Part shown: piece by piece, positions 15,972-24,620 of the stretch | Layout of the letters: every line of letters starts with the position of its first letter | Numbering within the stretch: the stretch's first letter is position 1 | Assembly: GCF_900289195.1 (NCBI RefSeq) | Contig: NZ_OMOH01000013.1 | Span: 23,969 to 55,269, forward strand | Length of the DNA: 31,301 nt | Source: Propionibacterium ruminifibrarum | GTDB taxonomy: Bacteria > Actinomycetota > Actinomycetes > Propionibacteriales > Propionibacteriaceae | Reading direction: 5' to 3' | The notes under the pieces: model-generated | What the model saw: only the letters and a program-made list of their open reading frames with translations | What the model was told of the DNA's origin: nothing | The model's database searches: none | Position numbers and translations under genes: made by a program

Positions 15972-17891
15972 TCAGGGCTGACGGAGCGCACAGATCCTGG
16001 CGTCGTACTCGCCCTTGACGAACACCAGGAGCGCTCCAGGGGCCGCGATGAGCGACGCGTCACGGAATCGTTCTCCCGGCCCGTTGTTCTGGTTCTGGTA
16101 CACCAGGTTGTTGTAGCGGTCCCCGTCCGTGATCTTCAGGTCATTGGTCACCGAGCCATCGGCGGAGACCAGGTGCAGCAGGACCGTGCCCTCCTCACGG
16201 TCGAGATCTGCGGCGAATGTGGTGATGTCGACCGTTGTGGATCGCCCGGCGGGGCTCGCGGTGCGCGTGACCGGGTCGAAGACGGCGGCGGGTTGAGGTA
16301 TGGCGTCATCACGCTCGGTGGGTGGAGCGGTCGTGACAAGGCTCGTGCGGGACCGTACGAGATCCGGGCCGACCGTCCGGCCGAGGCCGATGCCCTGGAC
16401 GCCGTCGGTGCCGCCGGCCGCCACCTCGTCAAGGTTGATGGCCGCCGCCAGACTGCCCTCGGCGTATGTGGGTTCGTCGGTGTAGTGGATCGTCCAGCCG
16501 TCGATGATCAAGGGCCGGTTGGCGCTGGTGGCCACCGTGCTGAGGTGGGTTCTTCGGTCCGGGTCGTCCTGGGGCACCAGGACGAGATCGGTGGCCATGT
16601 CTGATCCCGGCTCACTGCGCAGGACGAATGTCGAGTGGCCCGCCGGGCCGACGTGTGCGGGCGTGCCGGTGGTCCCGGCGGCATCCGACTCGGGCAGTGT
16701 CCACAGGGTCGTGCCGGTGGCCAGGTCGATTGCCTCGGTGCCGATGAGGGCAGCGGTGTCGGTGAGCTGGATCGGCTGGGTGGCGGGAACCGTCGTCGCC
16801 TCGGCCGCGAGCTGCCCGGCGAGCGTGTGTTCGGCGGCGACCCGGCCGGTGAGGGTGTCGAGGACGGTGACCACCACCTGCTTCTTGGCATACCATGATT
16901 CCATCCCCAGTCCCATGGGCCCCGACGCCTGGGCCGCGAACGCGGCATAGCGGCGGTCGGGGCCGGTCATGATCCTCGTCGCCATGCCGGTGCTCGGGGC
17001 GGGCAGGTTGAGCAGCTGGGCGTTGGGCCGGTGGTAGGTCCACCGGGTTGACCCGTCGGCGGGGTCGAGGCCGAGAATCCTGCTGCCGTCGGCGAGGATG
17101 GGGCCTGCCGCGCCGGCTGCGAGCGTGTCGATCTCGTCGTCGAGGTCGAGGGTCCAGGCTAGGTCCCCGGCCACCGTGGTGGGGACGGCGGGGATCTGCG
17201 CCGGTTCGGGTGCTGTCTGCTGGATCGGCCGGGTCGCCCAGGTGGGAGCCAGCGCCATGGCCAGGGCCAGGACCAGGGTGATGAGGCAGGTCAGGGTGGT
17301 TGCGGTGCGGGAAGTGTCCGCAGTGGGGAGTGGGCGCCAGCGGGCGATGTCGTGCGGGCCTCCCGAGCGGCGTGCCGGGTGGGTGCGCAGCAGCATGTCG
17401 GCGCAGACGAGGACACCGACGCCCAGGCTGAGGGCTCCGATGGCGGCCAGGTAACCGGGGATGGTGATCTCAGAGCCCGTCACGGTCGCCGCGTGCTCGA
17501 GTTCGAAGTAGTAGATGATCGTGCAGCCGGTCCACAGCAGGGCGATGACGACCGGCCCTGCTGCTCGTTGGGCCGAGGACCCGGGGTGGAGGTCACGGGG
17601 TATTGCCGCGGCGAACCACCAGATGATGAGGGTGGTAGGCAGGTACAGCGCCACGAGTACGAGGGGAATGGTGCTGTCCGCGGCGTCGTAGGGTGTGAAC
17701 CGGACGGCAAGCACAGCCAGCACGATGGTGGCGAGGAGTGCGCCGGCGCGGGTGCCGCGCAGCACGCCGATCCGGGTTTTGGTTGTGGCGCGTGCTTGTT
17801 TCCTGGTTGTGCCGGTGTCCTGGTCGGTCGTCGTGCCGATGCCGGTGCCGGCGGGTTGCTTCTCGGGGCGATCAGTGCTGGCGGGGTTCAT
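15972..17891 (-). CDS. Polytopic membrane / beta-propeller-like protein, paralog 3
   Basis: It has the same architecture. The ATG at 17891 (MNPASTDRPEK) is preceded by GAGGA. The longer track ORF (to 17996) would overlap the 3' end of paralog 4. Confidence 0.8.
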   Translation of the reverse strand: MNPASTDRPEKQPAGTGIGTTTDQDTGTTRKQARATTKTRIGVLRGTRAGALLATIVLAVLAVRFTPYDAADSTIPLVLVALYLPTTLIIWWFAAAIPRDLHPGSSAQRAAGPVVIALLWTGCTIIYYFELEHAATVTGSEITIPGYLAAIGALSLGVGVLVCADMLLRTHPARRSGGPHDIARWRPLPTADTSRTATTLTCLITLVLALAMALAPTWATRPIQQTAPEPAQIPAVPTTVAGDLAWTLDLDDEIDTLAAGAAGPILADGSRILGLDPADGSTRWTYHRPNAQLLNLPAPSTGMATRIMTGPDRRYAAFAAQASGPMGLGMESWYAKKQVVVTVLDTLTGRVAAEHTLAGQLAAEATTVPATQPIQLTDTAALIGTEAIDLATGTTLWTLPESDAAGTTGTPAHVGPAGHSTFVLRSEPGSDMATDLVLVPQDDPDRRTHLSTVATSANRPLIIDGWTIHYTDEPTYAEGSLAAAINLDEVAAGGTDGVQGIGLGRTVGPDLVRSRTSLVTTAPPTERDDAIPQPAAVFDPVTRTASPAGRSTTVDITTFAADLDREEGTVLLHLVSADGSVTNDLKITDGDRYNNLVYQNQNNGPGERFRDASLIAAPGALLVFVKGEYDARICALRQP

Positions 17892-17955
17892 GGGGTTCCT
17901 CACGGCTGTGCTGGTTCTGTTCGGGCCTGGGCGGTTTCCGGTCTCTCGGGCGGGT

Positions 17956-19851
17956 TCAGCCGATGGCGTAGAGCCTGCTGCTGTCATAGATCTCAACGTG
18001 GACGAGGACGGCCCCGGGGACCGCGGCGAATGCCACGTCCAATCGTCCGCCGGATGCGCCGTACCGGTTCGCCAGGTGCCAATATTCCTTCTTGGTGATC
18101 CCTACCTGGCTGCTCGCCGAGCCGTCAGGCGTTGTCAAGCGCAGCCCGTATGGGGACGTGGGGTCCCTGCTGTCATAGCTGAGGTTGAACTCCGTGACGT
18201 CGACGGCGGCGGACTGTTCGATGGGGTTCGCTGTGCGGGTGGCGGGGTCGAAGACGGTGGCAGGTTCCGGTTCGGAGAGGTCGTCTTCTGGCTCAGAAGA
18301 TTCGTCACTGGTGAGTAATTCGGATGCGACGAGGCTTGTGCGTGACAGCTCGTAGTCCGGGCCGCTGGTCTGGCCGAGGTCGATGCCCTGGATATCGTCC
18401 GGGTCGCCTGCTGCCGCCACCTCATCGATGTTGATGGCGGCGGCGGGGCCGCCTTCGTCGTTGGTGGTTTCGTCTGCGTAGCGAAGCGTCCAGCCGTCGG
18501 TGACCAGAAGAGGGCGGTGAACATGGTCGAGGCTCACTCCGCTCGCGTCCGGTCTCGGGTCTGGGTCGTCCTGGGGGATCAGGGTGAGGTCGATCGTCGT
18601 GGATGGTCCCGATTCGTTGGACAGCAGGATGAATGTCGAGTGGCCTGCTGGGCCGACATATGTTGCCTGATTGTAGAAGCCCCCGGCGGTTTCTGGCTCG
18701 GGGAGTGTCCAGAGGGTCTTTCCGGTGGGCAGGTCGATGGCCTCGGTGCCGATGAGGGCCGCGGTGTCGGTGAGTTGAATCAGTCTCAGCTCACCGACCG
18801 ACTTGCGCGTGAAGATGCGTTCGGCGGCGACCCGGCCGGTAAGGGTGTCGAGGACGGTGACCAGTGTCCGGTGCACGGGTAGTTCCGGGTCGCGTCCTCG
18901 CTGTGGGTACATGCTCATGCCCGTCACGGTGATGAACGCGGCGTAGCGGTGATTGGGGCCGGTGATGATCTTGTCCTTGGAGATTCCCAGGTCGAGGAGT
19001 TCGGCGTTGGGGCGCCCGTAGGTCCATCGGGTTGATCCGTCGGCGGGGTCGAGGCCGTAGATCTCGCCACCGGCGACGACGACGGGACCTGCCGCCCCGG
19101 CGGCGATCGTGTCGATTCCGTGGTCGGTGTCGAGGTCGAGGGTCCAGGCGAGGTCTCCGGCCACCGTGGCGGGGACGGCGGGGATCTGCGCCGGTTCGGG
19201 TGCTGTCTGCTGGATCGGCCGGGTCGCCCAGAGGGGGGTGAGTGCCACGGTCAGGATCAGGGTGAGGGTGATGAGGCAGCTCAGGGTGGCTGCGGTGCGG
19301 GAGGTGTCACCGGAGGCCAGTGGGCGCCAGTGGGCGATGTCGTGCGTGCTTCTCCGATGGCGTGCCGGGTGGGTGCGCAGCAGCAGGTCCGTGATGGCGA
19401 GGGTGCCAAAGCCAAGGCAGGCGGCTCCGATGGCGACCGGGTGGCCGAGGAGAAAACCGGACTCGGACGCCAGCTCCACCGAGCTGCAGATGCAGGCGCC
19501 CAGCGCCACGACTGACAGCACGGCGATGATGGCCGGCGCGGTCAACCGGTTGCTCCGGTGTTCCGGGTTGAGTTTCCGGTGACGGACCACGCCGATGGCC
19601 CAGACGACGAGCGTGAGAAGGACAAACCAGGCGATGGTCGCGAGGGGATCACCCGAGACGATGATGTCCTTGGCAAGGAACCGCGCGGCCAGCGCAACCA
19701 GCGCGATGGTGGCGAGGAGTGCGCCGGTGCGGGTGCCGCGCAGTACGCCGACCCGGGTTCTGGTCATCTGGATCGTGGACCTGCGGGGCCGACCGGCCAT
19801 CGTGCCGGCGGGTTGCCGGCTCCCGTGATCGTCGAGAGCGGAGATGGCCAT
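17956..19851 (-). CDS. Polytopic membrane / beta-propeller-like protein, paralog 4
   Basis: It has the same architecture (RVGVLRGTRTGALLAT ... LLRTHPARHRRSTHDIAHWRPL ... GLDPADGSTRWTY ... AIDLPTGKTLWTLP). The ATG at 19851 is preceded by GAGGA. Confidence 0.8.
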   Translation of the reverse strand: MAISALDDHGSRQPAGTMAGRPRRSTIQMTRTRVGVLRGTRTGALLATIALVALAARFLAKDIIVSGDPLATIAWFVLLTLVVWAIGVVRHRKLNPEHRSNRLTAPAIIAVLSVVALGACICSSVELASESGFLLGHPVAIGAACLGFGTLAITDLLLRTHPARHRRSTHDIAHWRPLASGDTSRTAATLSCLITLTLILTVALTPLWATRPIQQTAPEPAQIPAVPATVAGDLAWTLDLDTDHGIDTIAAGAAGPVVVAGGEIYGLDPADGSTRWTYGRPNAELLDLGISKDKIITGPNHRYAAFITVTGMSMYPQRGRDPELPVHRTLVTVLDTLTGRVAAERIFTRKSVGELRLIQLTDTAALIGTEAIDLPTGKTLWTLPEPETAGGFYNQATYVGPAGHSTFILLSNESGPSTTIDLTLIPQDDPDPRPDASGVSLDHVHRPLLVTDGWTLRYADETTNDEGGPAAAINIDEVAAAGDPDDIQGIDLGQTSGPDYELSRTSLVASELLTSDESSEPEDDLSEPEPATVFDPATRTANPIEQSAAVDVTEFNLSYDSRDPTSPYGLRLTTPDGSASSQVGITKKEYWHLANRYGASGGRLDVAFAAVPGAVLVHVEIYDSSRLYAIG

Positions 19852-20145
19852 GGTATGTCCTCACTACCGTGCCGGTCCTGTTCCGAACCCGGAACTTCGG
19901 CAGGCTTGCGCAGTTCGTTCAGGTCGTCCACAGGCCCCGCGATCCCCATGGGCACGTCGCGTCTCCTGTTTGCCAACCGGGCCGCACAGAACTCCGAGGA
20001 CACGCCCATGCGAGCTGCCGAGCACCTCCAAGGAGGTTACTCAAGAACCATGCCGTGGTGAGGCCTTTCACGAGATGCAGGGGTAAATCCGGGGTTGGTT
20101 GGCTGCACCCGGCAAGATGGCCTGTGTCGTCCAAGGGACGCTAGG

Positions 20146-21234
20146 CTAGGCCGCGCCCCGGAGGGCGGCCCGCGCAGCCTCGATCGAGACGACGGCCTCG
20201 GCCAGCTCCCGCTCGTAGCGCGGCTCGAAGTGCCCCTCGACCGGCAGGCCCGCCCACAGCTCCCGGAAGCCCCAGGCGGCGCCGACGAAGGCGCCGCCCA
20301 GGATCGCCATCGAGTCGGAGTCGCCGCCGGTGTGCACCAGCCGGCGCACCGCGTCGGCCGGGTCACCGGCGTCGATGGCCCGCTGCGTCACGGCGGTCGC
20401 GGTGACCAGCGCCTCGTCGGCCACCCAGCCCTGCCCGAAGAACAGGCAGGGGTCGCCCCTGTCCGCCGCGAACTCGCCCCACAGCGCCCGCACCCTGGCG
20501 AAGCATGCGGCCAGCTCGTCGCAGGCGGCCTCGACCCCCGCGCGTTCGGCGGCCGAACCGAGCCCGGCTAGCGGCCGCACCACCTCGACGGCCCGCTCGG
20601 CCGCGCCGACCAGCCCGAAACCCCGGAGCCGGGCCGGCTCGGCCACGGCCAGGCAGTGCTGGGCGAGCAGGGCGACGACCGCTGCCGCGACCCAGCCCAT
20701 CGGGTGGTCGTGGGTGATCTGAGACTGGGCGAACGAGGCCGCCGCCGTGACCGGCCCGGGCAGCCCGAGCAGCCCGGTCCACGGGGCGCGCATCGTCGTG
20801 CCGCAGCCCTTCGAGTCGTTGCCGAGCGCGCCCTCGCGCCAGCTCCGGGCGCCGCCCGCGGCGGCCAGCAGCTCCAGTTTCCCGGTGGCCGCCAGGCACG
20901 CCCTGCCCGGGGCCCGGTCGTTGTCCGGGTCGGAGCGCCAGGCGATGTACCGGTGGGCGAAGGCCTCGCGCACGACATCCCAGCCCCGGCCGGCGGGCAG
21001 GGCGAGCAGCGCTCGCCGCCCCTCGTCGGAGGCGATGAGGCCGGTGAGCGCGGTGTTCGTCGCCAGACACATCTGGGTGTCGTCCGAGACGACCAGCGGG
21101 TCGCTCGGGGCGGGGTCGGCCTGCTCGATCTGCTCGAAACCCCAGAACTCGGTGGGGCGCCCCCAGGCGTCACCCCAGGCGGAGCCGAGGACGGCCCCGC
21201 GGATGCGGTCGTTCAGCGCGGTATCGGTGCTCAT
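20146..21234 (-). CDS. ADP-ribosylglycohydrolase family protein
   Basis: Motifs: IRGAVLGSAWGDAWG, SDDTQM, NDSKGCGTTMR, GGDSDSMA. The ATG at 21234 has an AAGGAG upstream. The track ORF N-extension to 21339 is not supported. Confidence 0.85.
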   Translation of the reverse strand: MSTDTALNDRIRGAVLGSAWGDAWGRPTEFWGFEQIEQADPAPSDPLVVSDDTQMCLATNTALTGLIASDEGRRALLALPAGRGWDVVREAFAHRYIAWRSDPDNDRAPGRACLAATGKLELLAAAGGARSWREGALGNDSKGCGTTMRAPWTGLLGLPGPVTAAASFAQSQITHDHPMGWVAAAVVALLAQHCLAVAEPARLRGFGLVGAAERAVEVVRPLAGLGSAAERAGVEAACDELAACFARVRALWGEFAADRGDPCLFFGQGWVADEALVTATAVTQRAIDAGDPADAVRRLVHTGGDSDSMAILGGAFVGAAWGFRELWAGLPVEGHFEPRYERELAEAVVSIEAARAALRGAA

Positions 21235-21421
21235 GGCGGCATGGTCTCCTTCGGCGGGTGCGGCCCAGCGTAGAACAGTCCGCCCGTTCGCGGACCCGGG
21301 GTGCGCTCGACGCCCAGGTGGCGCAGGGGCGGACCCCACCCACGGCCGCAGGCCCGGCTGCTCCGTGCGGTGCCGCTCGCCCGCCCCGGTACGGTGGGGT
21401 CATCGTCACGAAGGAGGCCCC

Positions 21422-22915
21422 ATGGCTGAGGACAAGGGAGCGGCGCACGAGGCAGGCCGGCCGACGGTGCTGCTCGGCATCAGCGCGAGCATCGCCGCGT
21501 TCAAGGCGGCCGGGCTGGCCAGCGCCCTGACGAAGGCGGGCGTCGCCGTGCAGGCCGTGATGACACCGCGCGCCACCGACTTCATCGCCCCGCTCACCCT
21601 GGAGGCACTCACCGGCAACCCGTGCCCGGTCGAGAACATCCCCACCGGGTCGGGCAGCGCGATGGAGCACATCGACCTCGCCCGGGCCGCCGATCTCGTG
21701 CTCGTCGCCCCGGCCAGCGCCGACGTCATCGGACGGATCGCCAACGGCCTGGCCGACGACCTGCTCACGACGACGATCCTCGCCTGCACCTGCCCCGTGC
21801 TCATCGCGCCGGCCATGAACACCCACATGTTCGCCAACCCCGCCGTGCAGGCCAACCTGACGCGGCTGACCGGCCTGGGCTACGAGGTGCTCGCCCCCGA
21901 CAGCGGGCTCCTGGCCTGCGGCGACATCGGTCCCGGCCGAATGCCCGACGAGCAGGTGCTCGTGGCGCGGGTGCTGAAACGCCTCGGCCTGGCCGCCGAT
22001 GCGGCAGAACCGGCCGCCGATGATGGCGGCGCCGCGCAGCTTCAGCCGGTCGAACTGGCTGACGGGGAACCAGCGACCGACAGAGCCACTGGCGATGGTG
22101 GCGCCGACCACCCCGACCCCACCGGTGGTGAGGTGCTCTCCCCGGCGGACGGAACTGATCGCGGCGGGGAATCCGCGGACCGACGTCCTGACGCCCCCGC
22201 CCCGCCGACCGCCGACCCGGCTGAAGCGCTGTCCGAGCCCGGGCTGCCGCCCCAGGGCCCCGGCGACCTGGCCGGCCTGCGGGTCCTCGTCACCGCGGGC
22301 GCCACCATCGAACGTATCGACCCGGTGCGCTACATCACCAACCACTCCACCGGCCGGATGGGTTTCGCGCTCGCCCAGGCGGCCCGCGACCGAGGCGCCC
22401 ACGTCACGCTCGTGGCCGCCGACACCGCGTCCCCGCCGCCCGCGGTGGACCACGTCGAGCGGGTCGAGTCGGCAGAGCAGATGTTCCAGGCGGTCGCCCG
22501 GCAGGCCCAGGAGACCGACGTCATCATCATGGCCGCGGCCGTTGCCGACTACCGGCCCCGGCACATCGCCGACCAGAAGATCAAGAAGGGCGACGGGCCG
22601 GCGGTGCTGGAACTGGAACGCACCCGCGACATCCTCGCCTGGCTGGGCGAGCACCGGCGCCCCGGCCAGACGCTGTGCGGCTTCTCGATGGAGACCACCG
22701 ATCTCGTCGAGAACTCGCGGCGCAAGCTGGAACGCAAGGGCCTCGACCTGATCGTCGCCAACGACCTGTCGACGCCCGGGGCCGGTTTCGGGGGCGACAC
22801 CAACATCGTGACGATCATCACCCCGGAAGCCCAGACCCAGCTGCCCCTGGCGAGCAAGCGCGACGTCGCCGACCAGGTGCTGTCGGCCATCGTGCAGGCC
22901 CGGTCCGGGCACTGA
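21422..22915 (+). CDS. coaBC: Bifunctional phosphopantothenoylcysteine decarboxylase / phosphopantothenate-cysteine ligase, with a long low-complexity interdomain linker
   Basis: The flavoprotein half has LLGISASIAAFKAAGL ... APASADVIGRIANGLADDLL ... APAMNTHM. The ligase half has VLVTAGATIERIDPVRYITNHSTGRMG ... MAAAVADYRP ... GFSMET. GAAGGAGG precedes the ATG at 21422. Confidence 0.9.
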   Translation: MAEDKGAAHEAGRPTVLLGISASIAAFKAAGLASALTKAGVAVQAVMTPRATDFIAPLTLEALTGNPCPVENIPTGSGSAMEHIDLARAADLVLVAPASADVIGRIANGLADDLLTTTILACTCPVLIAPAMNTHMFANPAVQANLTRLTGLGYEVLAPDSGLLACGDIGPGRMPDEQVLVARVLKRLGLAADAAEPAADDGGAAQLQPVELADGEPATDRATGDGGADHPDPTGGEVLSPADGTDRGGESADRRPDAPAPPTADPAEALSEPGLPPQGPGDLAGLRVLVTAGATIERIDPVRYITNHSTGRMGFALAQAARDRGAHVTLVAADTASPPPAVDHVERVESAEQMFQAVARQAQETDVIIMAAAVADYRPRHIADQKIKKGDGPAVLELERTRDILAWLGEHRRPGQTLCGFSMETTDLVENSRRKLERKGLDLIVANDLSTPGAGFGGDTNIVTIITPEAQTQLPLASKRDVADQVLSAIVQARSGH

Positions 22916-22925
22916 GCGGGCTTCA

Positions 22926-22964
22926 CCCTGCGTGTCTCGTGCGTCATTTCACAATGAACGCAGG
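22926..22964. repeat. Copy 1 of a repeated intergenic palindromic element of about 39 bp (post-stop hairpin)
   Basis: CCCTGCGTGTCTCGTGCGTCATTTCACAATGAACGCAGG starts 11 nt after the coaBC stop. CCTGCGT and ACGCAGG form the outer stem. A near-identical copy lies at 31007-31045. Confidence 0.6.
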
Positions 22965-23027
22965 CCGATCTCCAGAGCTGCGCAGTGAACCCCGCTCGAA
23001 TCCCCGCTCGGGCCGGCTCAACCGGGT

Positions 23028-23909
23028 TCAGGCCAGCGCTTCCCGCAGCGCAGCCAGTGCCCGGCCTGCATCGGCGTCCACCGTGATCGAGCGGCCGGCC
23101 AGGACGGCCGGCACACGTGCCTCGCCGAGATTGAGCTGGGCGTACGTGGCCTGCGGGTTGGTGGCCACCGCCTGCCAGAACGGGTATTTGATGATGCCCG
23201 GGGTGTTCTGGCCGACCCCCACCTCGAGGTAGACGATCCTGCCGCCGGAGCGCTCGCGGCGGTACGCGGCGTAGCGGTCGGCGGCCGCGTCCCAGCCGGC
23301 GTCCTGCACGAAGGTGTCATCGGCCCGCAGGTTCATGCTCATCGGCCGCCCGCACACCGGGCAGTACGGCAGCAGCCCGGAGGGCACCCGCAGGTCCTGC
23401 TGCTGCTCGACCATCGCGGCGACGGTCTCGTAGTTGTCATAGGTGTTCTGGTGGCAGGGCAGTGAGCACTGCCACAACCCGTAGTCGCCCTGCGTGTAGA
23501 ACAGCCGCTCCCGGTCGAAGCCGGCCCGCTGGAACTGGTGGTCGACGTTCGTCGTGAGGACGAAGTGATCCCTCCCGCGCACCACCTCGAGCAGATCCAG
23601 GTAGGGCCGACCCACCGGGCAGTCGTAACGGTTGATCCAGATCTGCCTGCTCCACCACGCCCAGTAGGTCTCGGGATCGGGGAACCGGTGGAAGCCGCCC
23701 GAGTACATGTCGGTGATGCCGAAGCGCTCGGCGAAGTCGGCGAAGTGACGCTCGAAGCGCTCGCCCGAGTAGGACAGCCCGGCCGCCGTCGACAGGCCGG
23801 CCCCGGCCCCGACGAGCACGGCGTCCGCGTCCGCGATCCGTTCCGCGAGACGGCCGATGGTCGCCTCGAAACCACCACTCGGACCAGTGATCCAGTCGTC
23901 TCCTGTCAC
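23028..23909 (-). CDS. SIR2-family NAD-dependent protein, class-M (SirTM)-like
   Basis: Motifs: GAGAGLSTAAGL, FVLTTNVDHQFQRAG, YTQGDYGLWQCS, CPVCGRPM, YLEVGVG. GTG at 23909 is preceded by GGAGGA. Confidence 0.8.
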   Translation of the reverse strand: MTGDDWITGPSGGFEATIGRLAERIADADAVLVGAGAGLSTAAGLSYSGERFERHFADFAERFGITDMYSGGFHRFPDPETYWAWWSRQIWINRYDCPVGRPYLDLLEVVRGRDHFVLTTNVDHQFQRAGFDRERLFYTQGDYGLWQCSLPCHQNTYDNYETVAAMVEQQQDLRVPSGLLPYCPVCGRPMSMNLRADDTFVQDAGWDAAADRYAAYRRERSGGRIVYLEVGVGQNTPGIIKYPFWQAVATNPQATYAQLNLGEARVPAVLAGRSITVDADAGRALAALREALA

Positions 23910-23987
23910 GTGTTCCTCCGTTCCGTCAGGGTGCGATCAGGGTTCGGAATGCCTTCCTGGGTCCACCGTCACCCCTAAAATTCAGCC

Positions 23988-24620
23988 ATGTCCTGTGTCT
24001 ACCACCCCTCGGTGCAGGCCGATCTTCTCTGCGAGAAGTGCAACGGCGGACTGTGTCAGAGCTGCGCCGGCAGACTCCGCAGACGGCGCTGCCCCAGGTG
24101 CACGATGGCTGGACTCATCGAACGTGTCCCGGACATCGTGATCGACACCATCTTGGCCATCGTCTTCTTCGTCATCGGCATGCTGATTCTCCACTGGGTG
24201 ACCAAACAGCCCTTCGGCTTCCACGGCAGCTGGCACCAGATCTCCGGCGACATCACATTCTGCGCAATGTGCGCCGGCTTCCCGCTCGGCCTGCGCATCG
24301 TGAACTCGCTACGTGTGAGAAATCTGACGTTGTGGAGTTTCAGGGGCGACTACCTCGAGCTGCTTCCCATGATGATCGTGCTCAACCTCGGGAAGTACGT
24401 CCTGATCATCGGCTTCGCCTTCATCCTTGGCGTCTTCGCGCTCATCTACACCAGCATTCACCATGCCGTGGTCCTCATCCGCATGCTGCTCCTCGGACGC
24501 AAGATCCGCAGCCTCCAGGCGATGCCCGCCGAGCTACAGGCTGTGCTGCCCGCCGAGCAGCTCGCTGTAGAGCCGCAGGTCGAGGTCCGTGAAGACATTG
24601 AGCACCACCGTGAGGGCTGA
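23988..24620 (+). CDS. B-box-type zinc-finger membrane protein
   Basis: The N-terminus is C-x2-H-x8-C-x2-C-x4-C-x2-C-x8-C-x2-C (MSCVYHPSVQADLLCEKCNGGLCQSCAGRLRRRRCPRC). It is followed by about four hydrophobic helices. The gene is noticeably more A/T-rich than its neighbours. No clear SD precedes the ATG at 23988. The 3' end overlaps the convergent macrodomain gene by 87 nt. Confidence 0.6.
   Translation: MSCVYHPSVQADLLCEKCNGGLCQSCAGRLRRRRCPRCTMAGLIERVPDIVIDTILAIVFFVIGMLILHWVTKQPFGFHGSWHQISGDITFCAMCAGFPLGLRIVNSLRVRNLTLWSFRGDYLELLPMMIVLNLGKYVLIIGFAFILGVFALIYTSIHHAVVLIRMLLLGRKIRSLQAMPAELQAVLPAEQLAVEPQVEVREDIEHHREG

Noticed and set aside
21170-22912. A 580-aa minus-strand ORF opposite coaBC
   Set aside because: The plus-strand frame carries unambiguous CoaC/CoaB motifs. 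The antisense frame is GC-driven.
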